64,000 nucleotides of DNA, from contig OX442314.1 of the NCBI GenBank assembly GCA_949358305.1, forward strand, positions 32,178,001-32,242,000, given 5' to 3'. Below the pieces are notes generated by a model. It did no database searches, was not told the origin of the DNA, and saw only the letters and a program-made list of their open reading frames with translations. This stretch comes from Strigamia acuminata (taxonomy: Eukaryota). Below, one piece after another: positions 54,738 to 64,000 of the stretch (positions are counted from its first letter, which is position 1; every line of letters begins with the position of its first letter). A program made the translations under genes and the position numbers.

Positions 54738-56930
54738 TCAATCTTTGAAATTAGGTAGCTGGTGTAATCTCTCCATTCCAGTCAAAGCTTTGCTATTACA
54801 TTTGTTGCTTGATGTAAGAGTTGTACAATCCAATTCATCAAGGCAAAGCCCTTCCAGTGATCGAATTTTACTTAAAGCAACGTAAGCCTGGCCAGGCGCA
54901 AAAATTTTGGATCCCAAATATACAACTGCTCGATCTACAATTGTTCCCTGCATTTTGTGAACAGTTGATGCCCAACACAAAATTAGAGGCAGCATGCGTC
55001 GTTTAGCAGTTCCAACTGAATATTTGGCAGGAAATTGAATCGGGATTGGTTCAATTTGATGAAAACCAGTGTCGCCAAAATCAATTCGGACTGATGGAAT
55101 GTCTGTATCATACATTTGAGCTCTGCGAAAGTAAGGCCAAATTATTTCAATGACCTTATACCTATAGCACCATTGACAGCTCCTTTGGATGTGTCAATGT
55201 TGTAGCAAAGCATAACTTTCGCACCATTGAATAGTATCAATTTTTTGGGCACTGCACCGGTCTTGTTGGTGTCTGTTGAAATTAGATTTGCCAAGTCAGC
55301 ATTTTCCTAGTTGCGAGTTGTGTCAATGATCTTGTCTTGAGCAGTGATGGTAGCCATAACAACTTTCTTGCACTCAAAATGTTTGAGCACTTTCTGATTA
55401 TGGCTGTCGACTTGCTTAATCGTGGGATAAATTCTTAAGACTTTCTCAATAGAAAAGTCACCACAACCATTTTCATCCAATTTTGACAAAAGAAGTTGAA
55501 TGTGATGACTTTTTATTGTGTCCACTCGCAAGTTATTCAGCAGATCAATGAACATTGTATCATCGTGTTGACGCATATTTTGAGTGAGTTTGCAGAATGA
55601 AAATTCATGCCACAAATGAATTGCTGGTTTCATGCGTTCTGGTTGATGGAACACAGCACTTCCTCTTACTGGTGGCAATTGCATCAGATCTCCAAACAGC
55701 AACACATTCAGTCCGCCAAAAAGTTTTTCATTGTTTTTCAGTTGCTTTAAGCGTTGGTCGATCATACACAACATCTCATATGGCACCATGGAAATTTCAT
55801 CGATGATAAGAAATTCCACATCTTTCCATTGCATTCTCATGCGACGCAAGAAGTCACCAGTGAACAGTAGCATGTTTAGAACTTTGCCATCCTTCTGTAC
55901 TGGAAGTTTTAGAATGGAATGAAGTGTGGAGACGTTAATCAGGCGGGCGGCAACTCCAGTGAGTGCGCAAACCTTTAGCGACTCCTTATCACTCCCATAG
56001 CACCGCTTTATCTGCTCCGTCAGCACTTTCAAAGTGAATGTCTTGCTGGTGCCAGCACCACCAGTAATGAAGAGCTTGATTCGAACTTCAGAGCCATCCA
56101 ACTGCTCACGAATGTGTCAAGTGACAAAGTTGAAGAGATCATGCTGTTTGACATTCATGGCATGTTTCAATGAATCAAAATCAGCATTGTTCATTTCAAT
56201 CTGTTGACAAACTTCAGCTTCAACTTCAGTGTCATCTTCAGGTGGTAAGTAGTTTTCCAGCTCGATAAATGCATGCGCTTGTTCAAATGCGACCTGAAGT
56301 TGTTGATCCCGCTGTCGATGTTTTTCCATCAAAGATGATGATTGCTTGATTAGTTCTTCTTTAGCCAGAAAAGCATTCTTTGCAGTTTCAAAACAATTAA
56401 GCAGGTCAGCTTCATGTCGGAAAGGACAATATTGTGCCAACAAACTGTAGTAATAGTTTTCCGGATCAATTGATTCTTTGAAATAGGGAACTCTTACCAC
56501 CGCTCTCTTATTTCTGATCTTCATCGTTGTGCCGTTTTGAAGAGTGATCAAATTAGCCCCAACAACTGGAGCATTCGGCTGCTGATATGCATCATCGTCA
56601 CCATTGTCAGCATCAACATGATCTTTCTGTCGTGGATAATGCGGCTCAAACTGCATAGCAAAATCCAGCAGACACATTGCTTCAAAGTCGTAATGAGCAT
56701 GCAGAAATTTGACGTTTATTGAGAATTTTCATGCAGATCTTGAACAATTTCCTCGAGATCTCAGTTTCTTCATGTCGAATCTTATTGATGGCATCTGTGA
56801 GTGATTTCTCCAAGCCAGTTGACTTAGAAATATATTTGGCGATATAAATTGCAATAGACTCATTGCTGCCACATGGTTAAATGTCCATGTTTGCTTCCCA
56901 GAGCTTCAAAAGACTCGGATTATAGTTGTC
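54738..56930 (-). mobile_element. Helitron/Helentron Rep-helicase pseudogene (5'-truncated, with stops and frameshifts)
   Basis: Rep end YNPSLLKLWEANMDI*..YIAKYISK; Pif1 motifs [48 protein letters not shown]. Confidence 0.92.
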
Positions 56931-57302
56931 GTAAATCAGAATTTTAATTCGTACTTCCACTCCACAGTGCTTGAGTCATTTTTTTATTTTTTTTATTATT
57001 ATAATATGTGGAATGACCTGTTCTAGGGCTTGACGAAGCCCAAATTTTAATTTTTTTTTATGCTGAATTGATTTTTGGAAAAAACACACAAAATTACACA
57101 AACCGGAAGTTGAACCACACACACAAACGTTCAAGTCAAGTTAAATAAAAGCCTTTAAAAATAGTTGACTTCCGTGGGTTTGTAACCCCTAGATTTGCCA
57201 ACTTTGAAAAAAAATTGAAAAACTTGAAAAAAATAAAAAATGCAAAATTTATTTATTTACGTTTGAAAAAGATTAAAGATTAAATGACAGCAAATTGAAA
57301 TT

Positions 57303-59408
57303 CTAGGCAATGTAGACCAAGTTACTAAAATCCTTCTCGTCTCGGCACAGATAATTCTTTTCGATTAACCATTCTACTTGCTCTTTGATCATTCGGGTCG
57401 TCGGTAAGAACATATTCTTCAAAATTCCAATTAATTCAATCTGTAGTTGCGAATTAGGCACGGACTTCCTCGCTTTCGCAACACGAACAATCGCTTCTTG
57501 CAAACGGTATTCCCTGAGTTTGACGATGGCTTCGTTGTCCCCTTGTTTATGCTTCTCCGTCGACAGCTGCAATCTCCCGATAAGGTTGATCTTGCCTCGT
57601 TTCTGAACTTTCCCGTTCCTAATCACCGCAAAATCGTCGTTTATCCAACACTCCGTCTCATTCGTGAACTCCAACGGCGATTTTACTTCCGGGTGACACT
57701 TTACGATGTTCCGCTTTGCCATCGGCATCGACACCACCGACCAGAGCGTTTTCCTCAGTTCGGAATCGGGCAACTCGGTCGCCAACTGCAAATCCTCGAA
57801 GGAAATGCGTCCGTTCGGGCGCTCGTTCCACGCGAACAGCACGGCCATTTGGAATGTCGTCACGTCCAGATCGAACTTTCCCACGGCATTGACAAACGTG
57901 ATGGTCCCGTTCGACATTTGATGATGCCAAATCAGTTTGCGTCCGCTGTGTTGTTTCTGGTAAAAACATTCCATCTCGCAAACGTAATCTTCCAACTCGA
58001 CGGGGATCGAAACGGGAATCTTGTCGTTACTTCGCGACCACGCGGCGGAATTGAGAATTTTAATATTAATCGAATCTCGAGCACCAGCATGTCGGTCTTG
58101 GAAAGCTTGATTCAAGTCTCGGCTAACCGTAAGGTCTTGAAACATCTTCGATACTTTGTTCACGTATTCGGCCGGCATTCCCACATCTCTCAACCACCCG
58201 ACCATATTCTCTTCCATGTCGTTGTCCGCCGAATTTTCCAAAATCAAACGCCTCGTCAGATGCGACTTGAAGTAAATCATGAAGACATCTTTGTTGTGCA
58301 CATACTTGAGCAATATGAGCACTCCTTTTAACCTGCTTTCGACGATCTCCGAGGCTAGTTTTTTACTCACATTCGTCTTCCTCAACAACATGTCGCAGAA
58401 ATTGGCCAGCAACTCGGGACATTTTGATTCCGGCTGAGTTTTCGTCTTCGACGCAAGTTCCAACTTAAAAATCGCAGTGTCGTTCACAATCTTCTTAAAC
58501 GCTTTATCTCTCGCCGAAAGAAATCTCGGATCATTCTCAAAAGCTTTCTCGACTAATTCGCTAGATCGATCGAACAGATCGAGTAGTCGTTGCACGTATT
58601 TCTCCGAATCCTGAACGATCGTTTCGGCCGCCGCAATCATGTCCGCCAAACCAGCTTTGACGATGCATTCCTCCAATTCGACGAGCATCGGTGGAACACA
58701 TTCGGGCACGAGATTCAACAGATGAAACATCCGCAGAAGATTGTCAATATCGTTGCGCTTGATCATCGCCCCGCACTCCGCTAAAATGACTTCCTTAAAC
58801 GGAAACACCAAAACATCGCCGCAGATTTTTGTCAATTCTCCACGTGAACACGCTTCCAAATATTTCTCCGCCCGCTTATTCTCTTCGCCGAGTCGTAGAT
58901 CGGCGTATTTCATGTAATTCTCCACTCCGTTCACCCTCAGATACTCCTGCGCATTCGTCCCATAAAACGCCCGAGTGTCTTCGAAGTACGCTTTCTCAAA
59001 AAACTCCCGATAAAGGGATAAATTGTCGTCGGGAGTAGTGCACAAAGTAACGTAAGACTCGCGGATTCCTATTATTAGCTGCGGATCACACGTCTGGCCG
59101 TTTCTCTCCGCTTCGATTAACTTCATAACGCTTTTGTGGATTTGTTTCTTCTTGTCCGAAAAGATACTCGCATTCCAACTCTGCAGCATGAGATTACGAA
59201 CGTTGAAGCTGACACTACCGTCGAGTGCTTTCGATTCCAATCTTGCAAACGGTGAGGGATATTTTTGGCAAAAGTCAAAAAATAATTTCCATTTGGCGGT
59301 GTAAGCTTTGCGGCGATCCGGGTTTTTACTTATTAAATTATATAAATTCAATAAGCAATCGTCGTAGAGATGCCGTACAGGACTTCTACTCTGTGGCCAA
59401 ATGTTTGT
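57303..59408 (-). CDS. CUL5: Cullin-5-like protein, intronless, N-terminus missing or diverged (first in-frame ATG at 59189)
   Basis: TQPESKCPELLANFCDMLLRKT, DSEKYVQRLLDLF, HSGRKLIWHHQMSNG, VQKRGKINLIGRLQLSTE, MIKEQVEWLIE. About 2.1 kb uninterrupted frame. Confidence 0.9.
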   Translation of the reverse strand, partial: TNIWPQSRSPVRHLYDDCLLNLYNLISKNPDRRKAYTAKWKLFFDFCQKYPSPFARLESKALDGSVSFNVRNLMLQSWNASIFSDKKKQIHKSVMKLIEAERNGQTCDPQLIIGIRESYVTLCTTPDDNLSLYREFFEKAYFEDTRAFYGTNAQEYLRVNGVENYMKYADLRLGEENKRAEKYLEACSRGELTKICGDVLVFPFKEVILAECGAMIKRNDIDNLLRMFHLLNLVPECVPPMLVELEECIVKAGLADMIAAAETIVQDSEKYVQRLLDLFDRSSELVEKAFENDPRFLSARDKAFKKIVNDTAIFKLELASKTKTQPESKCPELLANFCDMLLRKTNVSKKLASEIVESRLKGVLILLKYVHNKDVFMIYFKSHLTRRLILENSADNDMEENMVGWLRDVGMPAEYVNKVSKMFQDLTVSRDLNQAFQDRHAGARDSINIKILNSAAWSRSNDKIPVSIPVELEDYVCEMECFYQKQHSGRKLIWHHQMSNGTITFVNAVGKFDLDVTTFQMAVLFAWNERPNGRISFEDLQLATELPDSELRKTLWSVVSMPMAKRNIVKCHPEVKSPLEFTNETECWINDDFAVIRNGKVQKRGKINLIGRLQLSTEKHKQGDNEAIVKLREYRLQEAIVRVAKARKSVPNSQLQIELIGILKNMFLPTTRMIKEQVEWLIEKNYLCRDEKDFSNLVYIA

Positions 59409-60545
59409 CTAGGGGAATGATTTTACACAGAGTAAAGGAAAAATTAGATAGTTTTAATCGTTCAAAATACAAAGGAGGTATTATTTAAAATGTTTGGGGT
59501 TGATCTGGCTTCTTCTTCAAATGTACACTCACAGTTGACCGTTGACTCCAAGATGGCGTCGATGGCGTCGTGTGAGCGCGGGATTTTAGCGGAGTAAACT
59601 CGACGCTAAAATACGTTGCTAAAATATACTAAAATCCTCGTGGAGCACGCTCGACACGAGAATACGTCTTGCACACAGCGGTTCGATTATTACGGAGCAA
59701 GCTCGACGTAACAATCGGTCTTTACACAAATCGCTTTGTGGAGTTAAACTCGACACAAAGCCTCCAAACTAACAGAGTAAACTCGATGTTAGTTTCACAC
59801 AGAAATGGCTTAAATTACACGTAGTAATTCAAGCTAGAAAGTTGCTATTCCGTACAGTGGGTACAGACCAGCGATGAAACTCAATTCGTCCAAGAATCAC
59901 AGATCACACTTTGCAGTTTTGGCAGAAGTTTGACACGGTTGTGAACAGTTTGGAGGTGGAATCAAGAGTGCGGGAAGAGTGGGCCAAAACCGTTTGGCTC
60001 ACTCCTAAATCTGCTCAGAAAAGCTGCGCAGATGACGAGTTGCACAAAGATCACACACGGCCGCCCTCGGGTCGTGTGCAACAACTGAGCCGGGCACGCG
60101 CGAGGGGAAGGGATGCTCCGCCCAGGCACACGCCTAGCAGCATCATCAAAGCAATGCACGCTGCAGCGCGATTGGTTGACGCTGTTGCTGGGCCAAAACT
60201 TGCTGCAAAACACAATATTATTTGGGTAATATTGTGTCTTGTTTTATATTTTATTAATGTATGTTTTATTTCAATTTACATTGAAACAAAACATATAAGC
60301 TTGTTGAATATGTTTATAAGACAATTTGGAAATATGGTGCGCACTCAAATAGGAATATTTGAGGTCACCACACTTCCCCCCCTTTTAAGAAAGAATCTTA
60401 TTCTTTTCCAAAAAGAGACAGGTAAGTATGAGAATAAATACACAAGGTTTCAAAGTAAAATGGAACAGGATATATATTTATTCTTTTTTATTACAGTGTA
60501 AAAATAAAAAAGGAATTATTTTTAATGAACGGGCGTGTTCCCTAA

Positions 60546-63363
60546 TTATTTAGGCAACATGTCCGTCGAATGATCATTGGGATCCTTGTGCTCTGTGACG
60601 GTGCACAAAGGTCGGCCGGTGTTTGGTCCTGACCGGAAGCCAGGGTTGATGTGGAGCCACACTTGCTTGATGCGGTCCACACCATCCCTTCGTCCAAAAC
60701 CCATCTCGAAATACTCCTGCGGGTCTTGAGGCGTAATTCGAGCGAACACCAGGCGTTGATGTAGGATCCACGGCTGTTGTTCCTTAATGTGGTTTTCCAG
60801 CCACGCGAGGACTCGGTTGCATAAATCCTCGCTGTTCTGGAGAATCGTTTTTGTCGCGCTCGTTATGTAGCAAAAGGCGTATAATGAGCGCAAACGTTGA
60901 TAGGCGGTGAGGTAGGTGGCCATTTTTGATCCCCTATCTCTCGGCGGCGAATCCTTTGGAGGAGGCGGTGGTGGCGGCGACTTCTTGCAGATCGAGAGGG
61001 ATCTGGATCTGCGCGAAGCCGGGGTGCGCGTCTTTGGTCTGGCACCGCTGGCCACAGGCACGACGAACTCGCGATCGTCGCTGTCGAGCCACTCCATTGG
61101 AGACGAGATGTTGCAACTCGGTGCCTCGGTTGCACGGGAAACACTCGACGTTGCCGTGATGGCAGCGTGGAGTGGAGCTGCGGATGACGGTGGTGCGCCA
61201 GCGGGACGGGCGGTAGCTCGTTCCGCTGCGCGTCGCTGCTTCAGCGTAGCCCATTCCTGCCGTAGTCGAATGGCGGATCCAGCCGGAGTTTCGCCAGTCG
61301 CCTCGGCTTGTTGCGTCAATTCGGCGAGCATCGTTGGAGGATCAGGGCGAACTGACTCCCAGTCGTCCAGCAAGGCTCGTGGAAGCCCTAACGGCACGGT
61401 CCACAATCGAGTGGCGGCCGCCAGAGCAATCTGTGGGTCGGGAAAGACTCCTTGGAACAGGATTCGAAGAAGTCCCTCCGACAACTTCCTGTTCATCTTC
61501 TGCAGCGTCCGTTGCAGTTGCTTGTCGGACTTGCACAAGCCATTGCCATTCTTTCTCACCTTCGCGGATCTGAGCGAGTTGGTATTCGTCCAGATGCGCG
61601 AGGTACATCGCTTGGGCTGTCTCGGGAAACGATGAGAATCGCCTCCAGAGATCAGCGCACTCCTGTGCGGGAAATGGTTCTTGAGATACGTATCCCTCAA
61701 AACGGATGACCGATGTCACTTGTGGCACGGGTACCGATGGGTCTGGTCGCATGTCGCTGGTGACTGGACGGCAAGCGAACGGCAAAGAGGTGTTGACGTC
61801 TCCTTGACCGGCTTGCAATGCGGCGATGCGTCGATCTTCTTTCGCTATCTCGTCCGACCAGTCAATTCGGCCGGAGGAGGAAGCGCTAAGCTGTGAAGCG
61901 TTGGACCTCTCTTCACGCGACGAGAGTGAACTCCTCGTGGAAGATTGGCGGGATTGCACTCGAGGTCGGCTTCGGGATGTGGGTCTCGACACGGACTTCG
62001 AATGTCTTTTGGGCGGCGTCGACTCGCGTCGGTGATGTGAGCGATGACGAGCCTTCTGGAGTGGAGGTAACCCTCCAATGGCGCCTTCCCCCGACGACTG
62101 TGTTGGGGAGGAGCGACGGCCACTGTAGGGCGACCTCGATGATCGTGACCTCGACGTGGAGCGCGGCGGCACCACATGGATGGTGGAAGCGACCTGTACC
62201 CGGGGCTCAGGCTCTGGATACGGGTTTGGCACGAAATCAGCATGGAAACATCCGCCCATGGCTAGTTGATGCATCTCCGATTGGCATGTCGGCACCTAAC
62301 GTTTCTTTCCGTCCGTTGTTACACGGAAAGATTCGTTGTAGAGGCGTACAACCTCGGCTTTGGTTTGATCCAAGCGTTGGAAAACGTCCTCCAAAATCTG
62401 TCGACGCTCCCACGCAGGAGCGTTGAAGTAACGGCGATGGTCTCGCGTTTCTTGAGCGATCACTGTGAAGGCGAAGTCGAGCAACACGTTTCGCAGTGGT
62501 CCGAAGGTGTCGCGCTTCATTGCCCACTCGAGGGCGTTGCAATGACCGAATCCATCGATTAAATAGGCGATCCGAAACTTCGTTCCCCATCGCTTGTTTA
62601 AGGCTTTTGAGAACTTGTGTCGGGCCGCCCAAAACGTCAGTCTTCCTTTAGACTTTATGATCTCCGGTGGCAAAGCGTGTCGCCAGACACCGGGAGCTGT
62701 TGGAACATCGGGGTGCAGTTTGAGATGCGTCTCCCGAAGCTGGATGATCTGTAAAATATTCGAAGAAATAATTAAAATCCATTTTTTCGTGTAAAATAAT
62801 TATTTCCGAATTTTCAGTGAATAAAATCACGGGTGAGATTTCATTCGACAGTTTAGATTCATTAAATTTTTCAAAATATTTGAAAAATCGTAAGAAACGT
62901 TGTTGCCGACGGCTATGTTTCAATGTTGGAGCGTTACCGTAGCAACGCCTCAAAAATGAGACACAGCGCCATCTGATGATAATAATGGCGGCGCCTTCTT
63001 GCGAAGGCGTTACCAACGAACTTTTCGCTTTTTCTGAGTGAAAATGCACTTTTAATTACTTTTCATGACTGAAAGGTAATTTTATTTTAAATTATTTACC
63101 CGGTCGTGTCTCTGTGCACGAGTTTCGCCGTTTGGATCGGCGAATAGGCCTCCTCGAAGTTGTGGTCGGGGCGGCGTGACTGGCAAACGGGCAGCAGCGT
63201 CGGCCAGAGCGGCTTGAGCTTCGGCGGACGCTTCGGCGGACTCTTCGGTGACATCCACGGATGTATTCGAAGTATTTGCGGAACCGAGCAGCGTCGAATT
63301 TGTTTCTAATTCGAGGCTGTTGGCGCCGGCTTCGCTTCCTTCTTTCGGTTCCTCTCCTTCCAT
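60546..63363 (-). CDS. Putative spliced accessory gene of unknown function inside the LTR element (one internal TAG, one frameshift)
   Basis: Exon 63363-63100 joins exon starting 62748 in phase 0; the frame continues past TAG 62298-62296 and overlaps ORF 61700-60546. Confidence 0.55.
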
Positions 63364-63572
63364 TTGAACGACTAATCCAAATGGAAAAGAAAAACGAAAA
63401 TTAATTTATTAGTTTTTCCTTGGAAAATTCCAAAGAAAAAGCTACTTACAATTGAAGATTCGGGAGAATTTATCCAACGGTTTCTCTTTTGGTTTTTTGG
63501 CGATGAGCACTTAGCACACGTGTGAGATCGAAGTGAACTCAGACGCGAAGTGATCAGTTCAAATACCGGAAG

Positions 63573-64000
63573 TTACGTTTGGGTAACGTCGCGGTTAGTG
63601 ACGTCATCCAATCTTATTGTTTGATTGGTTTGCGTATGGCTTGGGGAATTGCTCCTTACGTCATACGGCTGATCCCTGGATCTCGAGGTTATCGAGGGGA
63701 GAAGACACATGTTGTTTTTTCCTCTCGGTTTACGAGTCCGAAGATTATATCTCTTTGTCGGCGAGGGATTTATTGTATTTAAATCGCCGTCTTCATTGTC
63801 ATCGGAGACTGAGTCAGATGAGTCTTTTATTTCAGATGTTTTTTGTTTCTTTTCTAAAAACACCTTTTTATTTAATTTTTTAGCAATTTCAAGTTTTTTG
63901 AAACTGTCACGAAGCTCAACGTCGTTATTCACGAGGTCTGACTCCATTTGTGGTTTGGATAAATTATCGACAGGTATTTTCTTTAATTCATCGTCATCTA
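63573..64000 (-). CDS. Probable C-terminal tail of Pol/integrase (continues beyond the window)
   Basis: Acidic low-complexity tail with PTKRYNLRTRKPR; upstream of the accessory region and PPT. Confidence 0.5.
   Translation of the reverse strand, partial: DDDELKKIPVDNLSKPQMESDLVNNDVELRDSFKKLEIAKKLNKKVFLEKKQKTSEIKDSSDSVSDDNEDGDLNTINPSPTKRYNLRTRKPRGKNNMCLLPSITSRSRDQPYDVRSNSPSHTQTNQTIRLDDVTNRDVTQT

Larger units (their letters stand above)
59522..64000 (-). mobile_element. 3' part of an LTR retrotransposon (3' LTR begins at 60372; its far end, ~59522, is uncertain)
   Basis: PPT AAAAGGGGGGGAAG (60373-60386) directly followed by TGTGG on the - strand; RYNLRTR motif typical of gypsy integrase C-termini in ORF 63573-63947. 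Confidence 0.7.

Noticed and set aside
54738..56101. Host PIF1 helicase gene
   Set aside because: Contiguous with Helitron Rep motifs, intronless, and disrupted by stops and frameshifts.
57026..57041. GGGCTT-GACG-AAGCCC hairpin as a Helitron terminus
   Set aside because: Lies on the 5' side of the - strand RepHel and no convincing terminal context was found; too short to support alone.
57447..58331. 294-aa + strand ORF
   Set aside because: Antisense to CUL5 with no recognisable motif.
60916..62426. + strand ORFs of 239 aa and 177 aa
   Set aside because: GC-rich antisense shadows of the - strand accessory ORFs, which carry the splice signals.

Overview
Eukaryotic, arthropod-like genomic window with AT-rich short introns and dense transposon content; nothing prokaryotic was seen. 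Host genes: a divergent ionotropic receptor (IR)-like gene (-), a trypsin-like serine protease (+), a nemy-like cytochrome b561 (+), Elp2 (-) and an intronless, N-terminally altered Cullin-5 copy (-). Mobile DNA: an intact Mag-like Ty3/gypsy element with apparently identical LTRs, two ~1.7 kb LTR-like copies of a second family, the 3' part of a third LTR element, a decayed Helitron/Helentron RepHel beside a tandem-duplicated region carrying three HDAC1-like fragments, and many MITEs. Most unusual signals: (1) an array of covarying RNA pseudoknot and three-way-junction motifs inside the 1.7 kb LTRs; (2) a spliced accessory gene with its own promoter-like region inside an LTR element; (3) a ~1 kb CpG-free palindrome with two inward-facing tRNA-Ser-like heads; (4) a Merlin-like non-autonomous element carrying an N4BP2-like gene fragment; (5) an IR that appears to lack its pore loop. 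All family assignments come from motif recognition by eye; no searches or folding programs were run.
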